A stretch of 64,000 bases of DNA from an uncultured Actinomycetes bacterium (GCA_963736295.1 CAVTOH010000002.1:145822-209821), one strand, 5' to 3'; positions 54,264 through 63,467 are shown, numbered from the stretch's first letter. Notes: a model not told the origin generated them from the letters alone. A program made the numbers and translations.

Positions 54264-55300
54264 GTGCCGCTCGTATCCCGAGCGAGGGTGCGTGCGAGGT
54301 CGAGCGCCTCGGCCCGCGTCGAGATCGTTCCGGCTGCTCGTTCCTCGTCGATGGCCGCGAGGATACGTCCGATCTCGGGTCCCGGTGGGAGACCGAGCTC
54401 GTCGCCGCGCACGAGTGGCTCGTCGGGATCCGCGAGTCGGGCGGCCTCGACCATCTCTCCGAGCTCGGATGCGCCGACGAACGCGAGCGCGTCGAGAGCC
54501 CACGGCTCCGTCCCACGCCGGAACCGGTGGATGCCACGCGGCGACGGCTCGGGGCGCTCCGCACGGAGCAACGCTGACGCATACCGACGAAGGTCGCGGG
54601 AGACCGGAAGCCGCCCGAGCTCTCGCCCGAACACTGCGACGAGCCGGAACCCGGGATCGTCGAAGGCCTCGAGAGGCCCGTCGAGCGTGCCGGCGAGCGG
54701 CTCCAGCAGGCCGAGCTCCCCGAGCCGTCGGTAACCCCGAGCGGACAGGCGCTCGAGCTCGCCCAGGATCCGCTCGCCGGCGGGGCTGGCCACCAGACCG
54801 ACCGCCTCTCGCACGAGCGCCTCCGTCTTCTCGTCCATGCGGAACCCGAGCTCGTCCTCCAGCCGCACCGCCCGCAGGAGGCGAAGCGGATCGTCCTCGA
54901 ACACGCGCTCGGAGACCGCACGGACGACTCCCGCCGCGAGATCGCGCTCACCGTCGAACGGGTCCACGGCCCCCCCACCCGCGACCGGGACGGCGATGGC
55001 GTTGAACGTGAAGTCGCGGGTCGCGAGATCGTCCTCGATGCCGTCGCGCAGCGGAGTGAAGTCGACCGTCTCCTCGGAGCCGGCCGCAATCACACGCCAA
55101 GCCCCGTGGCGCTCCGAGAGCGGGAACGGCGCACCACCGAACAGGCGAGCGAAGCGGCGCGCGGCAGCCTGGGGATCACGGCATGAGACATCAAGGTCGA
55201 CGATGGGGCGCCCGAGCAGCGCATCGCGAACGGCTCCGCCGACGATCCACGCCTCCTCGTCCCCCAGGATCTCGCTGATGCGCTCGTCGTGGACGGTCAT
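54260..55300 (-). CDS. cca: CCA-adding tRNA nucleotidyltransferase / poly(A) polymerase family protein (short form)
   Basis: IVGGAVRDALLGRPIVDLDV, RDFTFNAIA, DPLRLLRAVR. ATGA overlap with alr. Confidence 0.8.
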   Translation of the reverse strand: MTVHDERISEILGDEEAWIVGGAVRDALLGRPIVDLDVSCRDPQAAARRFARLFGGAPFPLSERHGAWRVIAAGSEETVDFTPLRDGIEDDLATRDFTFNAIAVPVAGGGAVDPFDGERDLAAGVVRAVSERVFEDDPLRLLRAVRLEDELGFRMDEKTEALVREAVGLVASPAGERILGELERLSARGYRRLGELGLLEPLAGTLDGPLEAFDDPGFRLVAVFGRELGRLPVSRDLRRYASALLRAERPEPSPRGIHRFRRGTEPWALDALAFVGASELGEMVEAARLADPDEPLVRGDELGLPPGPEIGRILAAIDEERAAGTISTRAEALDLARTLARDTSGT

Positions 55301-56331
55301 CCGCGAACAACTCTCGACGCGCGCTCCGGGCGTGAGTCGAGCCCGGTGACGAGCTCGTACCCGTTGGTGCCCGCCACCGACGCGTGGCTCTCGGCGAGCA
55401 CTCCGTCCCCGATCAGAGTCACCGGCGTCCCCGGAGGCAGCTCGGCGGGTAGCTCGACCGCGAACGCGTCCATCGAAACCGTGCCCACGACACGGCGCCG
55501 CTCTCCGTCGACGACCACCTGCGTCCCCGTCAGGTCGCGGCGAAAGCCGTCCGCGTACCCGACCGGAACGATGCCGATCCACGTCGGACGCTCAGCGACG
55601 AAGCGGCGTCCGTATCCGGCGCTCTCGCCCGCTTCGAGCAGCTTGACGAGCGCGAGGTGCGATTCCCACCGCAACGCCGGCTCGAGGTCGTCGTCGGCAG
55701 GGTCGCCGTCGGACGGAGAGACTCCGTAGAGCGCGATTCCACAGCGAACGGCGTCGAACGCGGCGTCCGGGAATCCGAGAGTGCCGGCGCTGTTCGCGAG
55801 GTGCCGCGTCACGCCGACGAGCGCGTCCGTCGCCACGCGGAAGCGATCGATCTGAAGGCGCGTGAACTCCGGATCCGTCTCCGCGGCGGCGAAGTGGCTC
55901 ATCACGCCGACGACGTCACGTGTGACGGACGGGAGCTCCGACAGTCCCCACCGCCCCATCCCCGTGTCGAGCTCGAGGTGCACGGAAGTGCCCTCGGGAA
56001 CTCGACCGTCGGCCGCCACGAGCTCGAGCCGGGCCTGTCGTGCCTCGGCCACCTCGGCGTCGGTCACCGGGCCCATGACAATGATGCGCGCGCCCGGAAG
56101 CTCGGCCCGCAGCTCGAGCGCCTCCTGGAGCGTCGCGACGCAGAGCGCGGAGGCACCCCCTTCGAGTGCTGCTCTCGAGACGTCGAGCGCTCCGTGTCCG
56201 TACCCGTTCGCCTTGACGACGGCCCAGAGCTCGGCCGACCCGGCCGCGCGCCGGAGCCGCTCGGCGTTGTGTCGGATCGCGGAGAGGTCGAGGGTGAAGC
56301 GCGAGCGATGCATGCGGGCATTCTCCGCCAT
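55297..56331 (-). CDS. alr: Alanine racemase
   Basis: AVVKANGYGHG PLP-lysine motif, MSHFA, VSMD. 344 aa. Confidence 0.9.
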   Translation of the reverse strand: MAENARMHRSRFTLDLSAIRHNAERLRRAAGSAELWAVVKANGYGHGALDVSRAALEGGASALCVATLQEALELRAELPGARIIVMGPVTDAEVAEARQARLELVAADGRVPEGTSVHLELDTGMGRWGLSELPSVTRDVVGVMSHFAAAETDPEFTRLQIDRFRVATDALVGVTRHLANSAGTLGFPDAAFDAVRCGIALYGVSPSDGDPADDDLEPALRWESHLALVKLLEAGESAGYGRRFVAERPTWIGIVPVGYADGFRRDLTGTQVVVDGERRRVVGTVSMDAFAVELPAELPPGTPVTLIGDGVLAESHASVAGTNGYELVTGLDSRPERASRVVRG

Positions 56332-56349
56332 GCCCGAGGGAAGAGGCTT

Positions 56350-56742
56350 CTACTGGATCTGTGTCTCGCAGTGCGCGTTGAAGGTGTCGGTCCCGGGGCC
56401 TCCGATGCAGACGTCGATACCGCTGTTGCCGTTCAGACGGTCGTTGCCGGCACCGCCCACGAGGCAGTCGTTCCCCGACGCACCCACGAGGTTGTCGTTG
56501 CCGGCCGTACCGAGCACGAGCGATGGCTGGTTCCCGCCCCCGCCACCACCCCCAGACCGAATGGTCGTCAGGTTCAACGCTGCGCACTCGGGCGGCTTGA
56601 GCTGGTTTGCCGTCGGCGGCGGGCCGACGCCCGAGCCCGCATTGCTCTGCGGGACGATGTTCGTCGCGGTCGCCACCACTCCCAGCAGCAGGACGAGCGC
56701 CGCGGCGACGAGCAAGGCACGAGCGAGGCCGCGGAGCACCAT
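56350..56742 (-). CDS. Small exported protein with an ANIVPxSxAGxGxG N-terminal motif and three GNDxL-type Gly/Asp repeats
   Basis: TM/signal MVLRGLARALLVAAALVLLLGVVATA, then TNIVPQSNAGSGVG. C-terminal GTAGNDNLVGASGNDCLVGGAGNDRLNGNSGID. Starts 5 nt after the peptidase gene stop. Confidence 0.65.
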   Translation of the reverse strand: MVLRGLARALLVAAALVLLLGVVATATNIVPQSNAGSGVGPPPTANQLKPPECAALNLTTIRSGGGGGGGNQPSLVLGTAGNDNLVGASGNDCLVGGAGNDRLNGNSGIDVCIGGPGTDTFNAHCETQIQ

Positions 56743-56747
56743 GCGCG

Positions 56748-58325
56748 TCAGCCCGGCTGGACGAGCGTGTCCTCGAGATCCGGCGAGCGCGTCGGAAGCG
56801 AGGTCGGGCCCGTGCGGAAGCGATACGCCGTCGACCCGTCGTCGACGAAATAGACGTGCTCCGCTCCGTTCCGCCACTCGAGCACGACGCGGTCGTGGAG
56901 CTCGGAGATCCGCACGAGACCCTCGAGGTCAGCGAGATCCGTCACGACTCGCGAGCGGAGGTCGGGGGGACGCGCGATCGAAATCAACCGGTCGCCGAGC
57001 AGCGAGGCGATCCGGACGTGCTCGCTGTCGCGACGCCGGCCCGAGACGACCACGGCAGCCAGGGCAAGAAGGAAGAGCGCGATCACGAGACCGACCGCCG
57101 AATATCGCCTCGCCTGCTCGACGGCCAGCGACACCGGGCCAAGCCCCAGACTCGTGGGAACCTCGACGGTGCCGGTCTCGGCCTGTTGCGCCGACAGTGC
57201 CGGCGTCGTTCCGTCGCCCACGTCGACGCGGAGGGAGACGTCGTCCAGGAGGAACGGGACCTGGGAGGTGAACGTGTCCGAGAAAGCCTTGGCACCGTCC
57301 CGTCCGGACACCTCGACCGTGGGCTCGAGGCGCACCGAGAAGGTCGTCGTGATCGCGCCGGTCAGACTCTTCATCTCCGCGACGATCGCGGACAACTCTT
57401 CGAGGTCGAGGGTTCCCTCCGTCGTCACGCTCTGACCGGTGAACGGCTGCGGATCGGCGACCTGGAAGGTCCGCAACCAGCCTGCGCCGTCCGACACGAC
57501 GGCCGAGATCGAGGACTCGCCGTGGACGGCGGAGGGCTCGTCAGCGGAGAACCGATACGCGAAGGCCACGTCGAGCGCTGGGACGAGCTGGAGGAACGCG
57601 GTCTCGCCGGAGCGCACGACCCCGTCCGGGTAGACGTCACTCGGCGTCACCGTTGCGCCGTACGAGAGCGTGCCGCGGTGCACGCGCGCCTCGTCGACCT
57701 TCTCGTTGCGAACCGGTGAGCGCGAGAACGCTGCCAGTGCGAGCAGGCCGAAGAGGCAGGTCGCGATGAGAGCCGCCGTGAGCAGCCCACGCAGCGCGCC
57801 GTCGAAGTACGTGCCGGGAGCGGTGATCGCGAACGCGTGCCGCGGACGAGTGCGACGCCTCGCGGCGCCTCCGCCGCCCGCAAGGGCGAGGCCGGCGAGC
57901 ACGAACACGACGATTGCCGCGTGCAGCGGCTGTTGCGCCCATTCGATCGCCGAGCCGACGCGCGGAACGGAGAACCAGAGCGTGCCGCCCAGCTCCTCCG
58001 CGGTGGGGCGGATCTCGTCGAGGTAGTCGTTGTTGTCGCCCTTGAGGACGAACCGCTCGCCGTTCGCTCGAACGATCCTGTGAAGCACGTCCACCCCGAG
58101 GCGGGGGTGGCGATAGAGGGCGACCTTCCCCACATCCGCCTCGCCGCCCGCGCGAACGATCGCGAGGTCACCGTCGACGAGCGAAGGCGACATGCTCGTC
58201 CCGTCGATGATCGCGTAGCGGGCCGGCCCACCAAGCTCGGCGGGGCCGAGGAGGAACCAGCCTGCCGCCGCGACCACGGCGACGAGGCTGATAGTGACCA
58301 CCCGGCTGACGGAGATGCGGCCCAT
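56748..58325 (-). CDS. ER/archaeal-type (SipW-like) signal peptidase I domain fused to a large two-TM extracytoplasmic domain and a cytoplasmic tail
   Basis: S26 boxes IDGTSMSPSL (Ser), VLHRIV (His), LKGDNNDY. Then TM, ~300-aa Ser/Thr/Val-rich domain, TM (VGLVIALFLLALAAVVV) and ~100-aa C-terminal region. Confidence 0.75.
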   Translation of the reverse strand: MGRISVSRVVTISLVAVVAAAGWFLLGPAELGGPARYAIIDGTSMSPSLVDGDLAIVRAGGEADVGKVALYRHPRLGVDVLHRIVRANGERFVLKGDNNDYLDEIRPTAEELGGTLWFSVPRVGSAIEWAQQPLHAAIVVFVLAGLALAGGGGAARRRTRPRHAFAITAPGTYFDGALRGLLTAALIATCLFGLLALAAFSRSPVRNEKVDEARVHRGTLSYGATVTPSDVYPDGVVRSGETAFLQLVPALDVAFAYRFSADEPSAVHGESSISAVVSDGAGWLRTFQVADPQPFTGQSVTTEGTLDLEELSAIVAEMKSLTGAITTTFSVRLEPTVEVSGRDGAKAFSDTFTSQVPFLLDDVSLRVDVGDGTTPALSAQQAETGTVEVPTSLGLGPVSLAVEQARRYSAVGLVIALFLLALAAVVVSGRRRDSEHVRIASLLGDRLISIARPPDLRSRVVTDLADLEGLVRISELHDRVVLEWRNGAEHVYFVDDGSTAYRFRTGPTSLPTRSPDLEDTLVQPG

Positions 58326-58382
58326 TGCTGGCCCCGGAGGGAGTAGGGCGGAGCGTCTGTTCCGCCCTACTCGAGATCCGGG

Positions 58383-58763
58383 TTACTGGATGGCGATCAC
58401 CCGCAGCTGGTCCACGGAGAGGACCGTCGGGTCGGGCTCGACATTGCAGCTCCAGCTGTTGCCGCCGGTGTTCGTGCAGTCGGTGAAGGTGCCGCTCGCC
58501 GCGACGAGCTTCGCCTTGACCGTTCCGGCCGGCCCATTGAGATCGAACGAGACGCTCTCGATGTTCGCCGGGTTTAGCGAGTCGAGCTGGTACGCGATGT
58601 TGGACACCGTGTATCCGGTGATGGCACCTGTGCCATCGCCAGCCTGCGAGCCAGGGACGATGTTCGCGGCCGTGAAGGCGTACGTTGCAAGTGCGAGTGC
58701 GCCCGCAGCGACGAGCACGATGACCATGCGCCGCCGCCGACGGCGGTCGTAAGTTCCAGCCAT
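58383..58763 (-). CDS. Small exported protein with an ANIVPxSxAGxGxG N-terminal motif (candidate cognate substrate of the adjacent peptidase)
   Basis: RRRRRR-TM (MVIVLVAAGALALATYAF), then TAANIVPGSQAGDGTGAITGYTVSNIAYQL. AAGGAG Shine-Dalgarno before ATG 58763. Confidence 0.65.
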   Translation of the reverse strand: MAGTYDRRRRRRMVIVLVAAGALALATYAFTAANIVPGSQAGDGTGAITGYTVSNIAYQLDSLNPANIESVSFDLNGPAGTVKAKLVAASGTFTDCTNTGGNSWSCNVEPDPTVLSVDQLRVIAIQ

Positions 58764-58862
58764 TGCCGCAGCTCCTTTTGGGTTGGGGAAGGGGGCAGGG
58801 GCACCGTCGGCGTGTCACGGAAGCACCCACATCCCCTGTTCGGGGTAGTTCGATCGAGTTAG

Positions 58863-58895
58863 AGACGGGGTGCGCTCAGGAGCGAACGCCCGTCT
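58863..58895 (-). terminator. Compound stem-loop immediately after the nnr stop codon
   Basis: AGACGGG...CCCGTCT outer stem with an inner CGCT/AGCG stem. No U-tract. Confidence 0.35.
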
Positions 58896-60256
58896 TCAGC
58901 CCTCGAGAGCTGCGGGCAACAAGGCGAGAAGGTCGCTCGCGACGAGACCCGCGCGATGCGGGGCGAGCAGCGCGGCCCGCGCGTGTGCGACCGCGGCGGC
59001 CGCTGCGGCGAGCTGGGGCTCGAGGCCCTTCGCGAGGAACGAGGCGACGACCCCGGTGAGCACGTCACCGGTGCCGGCAGTCGCGAGCGACGGCGGGCCG
59101 AGGTCGCTGACGATCACGCCCGCGGCGGGTGCAGCGACGATGGTGTCCGGCCCCTTGAGCAGGACGACGGCCCCGAAGCGGTCGGAGGCGGCTCGGACTG
59201 CTTCGAGGCGGTGCGCGTCCACCCACCCCGCGTCGCTGTCGAGGAGACGCGCCAGCTCGCCCGCGTGCGGCGTGAGCACGAGCGGCGCCTGCCGCTGCAC
59301 CGGGTGCAGCGCGTACAGGCCGTCCGCGTCGACGACTGCCGGCAGCGCGAGGTCTTCGAGCAGGGTGCGGACGAGCTCCGCGCGGCCCGCTCCCCGCCCG
59401 AGGCCGGGGCCGATCGCGAGCGCGCCGGCACGCTCGGCAGCAGCAGTGATGGTCTCCAGCAGCGCTGGACCGCGCTCCAGCCGATCTTGACCGGCTCGAG
59501 CGCGATCGCCTCCGCGGCTGCCAGCGACTCCTCGGGTACGGCCAGCGTGACGTAGCCCGCGTCGGCCCGCATCGCGGCGAGCGCCGTCAAGCAGGCCGCG
59601 CTCGTCATGCCGGGCTGACCGCCGACGACGAGGACCGAGCCGGCGCTGTACTTCGTGTCACCCTCGACGCGCCGCGGGACGAGGCCGAGGAGCTCCCGGG
59701 TCGCGCGCCTGCCCTCGGTCGGAAGCTCGTCGAGCCCGATGTCCACGACGACGACCGTGCCTGCGTGGAACCGGCCCGGCGCGACGACGTGGCCGACCTT
59801 GAGCGCGTGGAACGTCACGGTCAGATCGGCCTCGACGGCGACAGCTGCGACCTCTCCGGTGGAGGCGTCGACACCGGAGGGAAGATCGACGGCGACGACC
59901 GGGGCCGCCGCGCGGTTGATGCGGGCGATGAGCTCGGCTGCCTCGGGGCGCGGCTCACCATGGAAGCCGGTGCCGAAGAGCGCGTCGATTACGACGTCGT
60001 AGCCGTCGGGCTCTGCCGCCTCGTCGGCGACGTGACCCGCCTCGCGGAGCACGCGTGCCGCAACTCTGCCGTCACCACCGTTCGAGCCTCCGCCGCAGAC
60101 GCAGGCGAACCGCCGTGCTGCCGGATACGCGAGCATCGCCTCTCGGGCGACCGCGGCGCCTGCCCTCTCCATCAGCTCCGGCACGGAGGCTGGGTAGCCG
60201 GGATACCGCTCCTCCGCGGCGCGCATCTCGGCGGCGGTGTAGAGCGGCTCGAACAT
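58896..60256 (-). pseudogene. nnr: Bifunctional NAD(P)H-hydrate repair enzyme Nnr (epimerase + ADP-dependent dehydratase), one frame change near 59467-59482
   Basis: YjeF_N part (CVCGGGSNGGDGRVAAR, DALFGTGF, VDLPSG) and the start of the carbohydrate-kinase part (KYSAGSVLVVGG) are in ORF 59114..60424. The remainder (ALAIGPGLG...TPHAGELARLL...VLLKGPDT...TAGTGDVLTG) is in the frame of ORF 58896..59300. Confidence 0.85.
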
Positions 60257-60261
60257 CGGGG

Positions 60262-60621
60262 CTACTCGCGCGGGGAGACGACGCAGATCGCCGCCGCGAT
60301 CTCCCGGGAGTGGGTCATCGAAAGGTCGATCGGACCTGCCTCCACCTTCTCTGCGAACGCGGCAGTGCGGCCGGTCAGCTGCACACCCGGCTTCGGGCGT
60401 CCGACGATCTCGACGTCCTTCCACGTGAAGTTGATGCCGCAGCCGAGCGCCTTTCCGACAGCCTCCTTCCCCGCGAAGCGGGCGGCATAGCTCTGTGCGG
60501 GATCGGCACGAGAGTCGCAGTACTCGCGCTCGGCGGGCGTAAAGCAGCGCTCGCGGAAACCGTCTCTGAGCAGCGCTTTCCGGATGCGCTCGATCTCGAT
60601 GATGTCGACGCCAACCCTCAC
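60262..60621 (-). CDS. acpS: Holo-[acyl-carrier-protein] synthase
   Basis: VGVDIIEIERI...FTPAEREYC...AARFAGKEAVGKALG, 119 aa. GTGA overlap with the upstream gene. Confidence 0.9.
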   Translation of the reverse strand: MRVGVDIIEIERIRKALLRDGFRERCFTPAEREYCDSRADPAQSYAARFAGKEAVGKALGCGINFTWKDVEIVGRPKPGVQLTGRTAAFAEKVEAGPIDLSMTHSREIAAAICVVSPRE

Positions 60622-61412
60622 GGACGGAAGCCGCCGGTCAGATCCTCCTCGAGGAGAGCCGGGAAGTGCGCGAGCGACGAGACAACGATGTCTGGGGCGA
60701 CGCGAGCGCGCTCGAGCGTCTCTGGCCGGAACTTCCCGGTCCGCACGAGGGCGGTCTTCATGCCGAAGAGCCTGGCGCCCGGGACGTCCTCCTCGGCGTC
60801 GTCGGTCACGAGCCACGTGCGTTCGGGTTCCGCGTCGAGGGCGTCGAGGGCGGCGGCGAAGTAGGACGGGCTCGGCTTTCCGAGAACGACCGCGTCGACC
60901 CCAGTCGCATACTCGAGCCCGGCGACGAACGCACCGGCGTCGAGCAGAGGCCCCCGCGCGGTCTGCCACCACCGGTTCTTGTGCAGGCAGTAGAACGCGG
61001 CTCCTGCCTGGATCTCGGCGAACGCCCGCGCGAGGTTCATGTAGCTGAAGACCTGGTTCGGCTCGAGCGTCTCGTCGCACCCGCCGATGAGGACCGCTTC
61101 TGCGTGGTCGCCGACGAGCTCGAGACCGTCGAGGTCGGGGACGACCGCGGCCATGACGAGGGCGAGCACCCGTTTTCCCTTGAGCTCACGCGCCGCGGCG
61201 GTGGGTGTCGTCTGGAGCTCGTCGTCGTCGATCGTGAAGCCCATCTCTCGGAGCTCCTCCGCGAGGACGCCGCGCGGGCGAGTCGAGTTGTTGGAGACGA
61301 ACCGCAGGGAGTGGCCGACCCGTCGCAGCTCGTCGACGGCTTCCGGAGCGCCCGGAGTCGCCTGTCCGGACACATGAAGGACGCCGTCGATGTCGAGCAG
61401 AATGTCCGCCAT
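60618..61412 (-). CDS. HAD-IIA family hydrolase (NagD-like)
   Basis: LLDIDGVLH, FVSNNSTRPR, and a C-terminal DD motif region (LVTDDAEEDVPGAR). Confidence 0.8.
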   Translation of the reverse strand: MADILLDIDGVLHVSGQATPGAPEAVDELRRVGHSLRFVSNNSTRPRGVLAEELREMGFTIDDDELQTTPTAAARELKGKRVLALVMAAVVPDLDGLELVGDHAEAVLIGGCDETLEPNQVFSYMNLARAFAEIQAGAAFYCLHKNRWWQTARGPLLDAGAFVAGLEYATGVDAVVLGKPSPSYFAAALDALDAEPERTWLVTDDAEEDVPGARLFGMKTALVRTGKFRPETLERARVAPDIVVSSLAHFPALLEEDLTGGFRP

Positions 61413-61824
61413 GGAGCGTGAGTCTATTCAGGTGACACGCTCCGTCTCCCTCCCGCGCGCTGAGCTCGAGATCAGGGTGTCGCGGTCGAGCGGCCCTGGT
61501 GGGCAACACGCACAGAAGTCGTCGACGCGGGTCGAGGTCGTGTTCGACGTCGAGGCGTCGACGGCACTGACCGAGATCCAAAAGCGGCGCGTCGTCGGCC
61601 GGGTGGGACCGGTGTTGCGAGCGGTCGCACAGGACGAGCGCAGCCAGCTTCGGAACCGGGAGCTCGCGGTCGGGCGGCTCGTCGACAAGCTGCGCTCGGC
61701 GCTCGCGGTGCCGCGTCGGCGCGTCAAGACAAAGCCGACCGCTGCAGCCCGCGAGCGCCGGCTCGAACGCAAGCAGCGGCGCTCACAGGTAAAGAAGCTC
61801 CGCCGCGCGCCGGCGGACGAGTGA
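61411..61824 (+). CDS. arfB: Alternative ribosome-rescue factor ArfB (class I release-factor-like peptidyl-tRNA hydrolase)
   Basis: SGPGGQHAQKSSTRVEV GGQ motif and a basic C-terminal tail (RRRVKTKPTAAARERRLERKQRRSQVKKLRR). Confidence 0.85.
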   Translation: MERESIQVTRSVSLPRAELEIRVSRSSGPGGQHAQKSSTRVEVVFDVEASTALTEIQKRRVVGRVGPVLRAVAQDERSQLRNRELAVGRLVDKLRSALAVPRRRVKTKPTAAARERRLERKQRRSQVKKLRRAPADE

Positions 61825-61847
61825 CGCCCGCTGTGGAAAGGCAACGC

Positions 61848-61866
61848 AAGTTGCAATTTGCAGCTT
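61848..61866. promoter_or_regulatory. AT-rich imperfect palindrome upstream of the NuoE-NuoF-like gene (candidate operator)
   Basis: AAGTTGCAATTTGCAGCTT, core TGCAA-T-TTGCA. Stands out in GC-rich DNA, 36 nt before GTG 61902. Confidence 0.3.
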
Positions 61867-61901
61867 GGCCTCCAGGCGTCGCTGCTGCATAGGATCGACT
61901 C

Positions 61902-63467
61902 GTGGACGCGGTCAAACTGGCCATGCTGCTTCCGGCGTTGCCGAGCGAGCGGACGCACCTGCTCGACAACCTCGGACAGGTGCGGCGCGAGGTCGGCCCG
62001 ATCACGCCGGAGCTGTCGGACGCGCTCGCCGACCACATGAACATCAGGCGAGGCGAGGTGCACGAGGTGGTTTCCTTCTACTCGTTCCTGCAGGTCCCGA
62101 TCGACGCGATTCGCGTCTGCACCGGGCCGGTGTGCGACTGCTTCGGCGCCCGGGAGCTCCTCGAGCGAACGCCTGGTGCGATCGAGGTTGCGTGCCTCGG
62201 GCACTGCGACCTGGCACCGGTCTACACGCGCGGCGACGAGATCTTCCCGAGCGTGACGCATGCGGCGAACGACGGCCCGGCGACAGGGCTCGGTCGCCGT
62301 GACGAGACCCTTTCGGACTACGAGGCACGGGACGGACTCGCCGTACTGCGCGACCTGCCCTCCTCGGATCGGGTCGTCGAGGAGCTGAAAGCGGCAGGGA
62401 TCACGGGCTTCGGGGGCGCCGGTTTCCCGACCGGCATCAAGTGGGAGGCGGTCTCACGAGAGCCCGCTCCGCGCTACGTCGTCGTCAACGCGGACGAGGG
62501 CGAGCCGGGGACGATCAAGGACCGCTACGTCATGGAGCTCCGGCCCCACCTCTTCATCGAGGGCGTCCTGATCGCGATGGGCTTCGCTGAGGCGGAGCAC
62601 GGCTACATCTACCTCCGCGAGGAGTACGCGACAGCTCGCTCGAGGCTCCGGCAGGCGATCGACGAGTTCAGCGCGGCCGGGCTGCTCGACGGGCGCACCC
62701 TCGAACTCGTCATCGGCGCCGGCGCGTACATCGCCGGCGAGGAGACCGCGATGCTCGAGTCGATGGAGGGGCGTCGCGCAATGCCGCGGCTGCGTCCTCC
62801 GTTCCCCGCACAGGTCGGCTACCTCGGGAGACCGACCTTGATCAACAACGTCGAGACGCTCGCGCACATCCCGTTCATCCTGCGGCATGGCGGAGAGGCA
62901 TGGGCTGCTCTCGGGACGCGGGGCTCATCTGGTACCCGGCTGTGGTCGATCTCGGGCGCGGTCGCGAGACCGGGCTGCTACGAGGCACCGATCGGGAGCA
63001 CGGCCCGCGAGCTCGTCGAGGGCTACGCGGGTGGCTTCGTCGGCGAATTAGGAGCGGTGGTGCCCGGAGGGGCGGCGAGCGGGATCCTGCCTCCGTCGGC
63101 GCTCGACGCTCCGCTCACGCGCGACGGGCTGCAGGAATACGGGGCGGGGCCCGGCTCGGCTGCCGTCCAGGTGTTCCCGGCGTCGTACTCGCCGCTCAGG
63201 CTGCTCGCGGAGACGATGCGCTTCTTCGCAGAGGAGTCGTGCCAGAAGTGCACGCCGTGCCGAATCGGAAACCGAGCGCTCCATCACGTCTGCGTCGAGC
63301 TCGAGCGCGGTGAGGCGGCGATGACGCGCGAGAAGATCGACGAGTGGCTCCTCGCGATGGAGAAGACGTCGATCTGCGGTCTCGGCCAGGCGTCGCCGTT
63401 CCCGGTGCGGAACGCGATGCGCTGGTGGCCCGAGCTGTTCGCTCCGCTAGGGGCCGTTCCCGACTAA
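61902..63467 (+). CDS. NuoE-like [2Fe-2S] thioredoxin-fold domain fused to NuoF-like NADH/FMN/[4Fe-4S] domain
   Basis: NuoE-type Cys pattern (CTGPVCDC...CLGHCDLAP). NuoF motifs GFGGAGFPTGIKW, VVNADEGEPGTIKDR, ESCQKCTPCR and a distal CGLGQ. No other nuo genes in the window. Confidence 0.85.
   Translation: MDAVKLAMLLPALPSERTHLLDNLGQVRREVGPITPELSDALADHMNIRRGEVHEVVSFYSFLQVPIDAIRVCTGPVCDCFGARELLERTPGAIEVACLGHCDLAPVYTRGDEIFPSVTHAANDGPATGLGRRDETLSDYEARDGLAVLRDLPSSDRVVEELKAAGITGFGGAGFPTGIKWEAVSREPAPRYVVVNADEGEPGTIKDRYVMELRPHLFIEGVLIAMGFAEAEHGYIYLREEYATARSRLRQAIDEFSAAGLLDGRTLELVIGAGAYIAGEETAMLESMEGRRAMPRLRPPFPAQVGYLGRPTLINNVETLAHIPFILRHGGEAWAALGTRGSSGTRLWSISGAVARPGCYEAPIGSTARELVEGYAGGFVGELGAVVPGGAASGILPPSALDAPLTRDGLQEYGAGPGSAAVQVFPASYSPLRLLAETMRFFAEESCQKCTPCRIGNRALHHVCVELERGEAAMTREKIDEWLLAMEKTSICGLGQASPFPVRNAMRWWPELFAPLGAVPD

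Noticed and set aside
56350-56742. RTX toxin / type I secretion substrate
   Set aside because: - It has only three degenerate GNDxLxG repeats in a 130-aa protein.
- It has an N-terminal signal/TM segment.
- No T1SS genes lie nearby.
- It is better explained as a small exported subunit of the SipW-like cassette.
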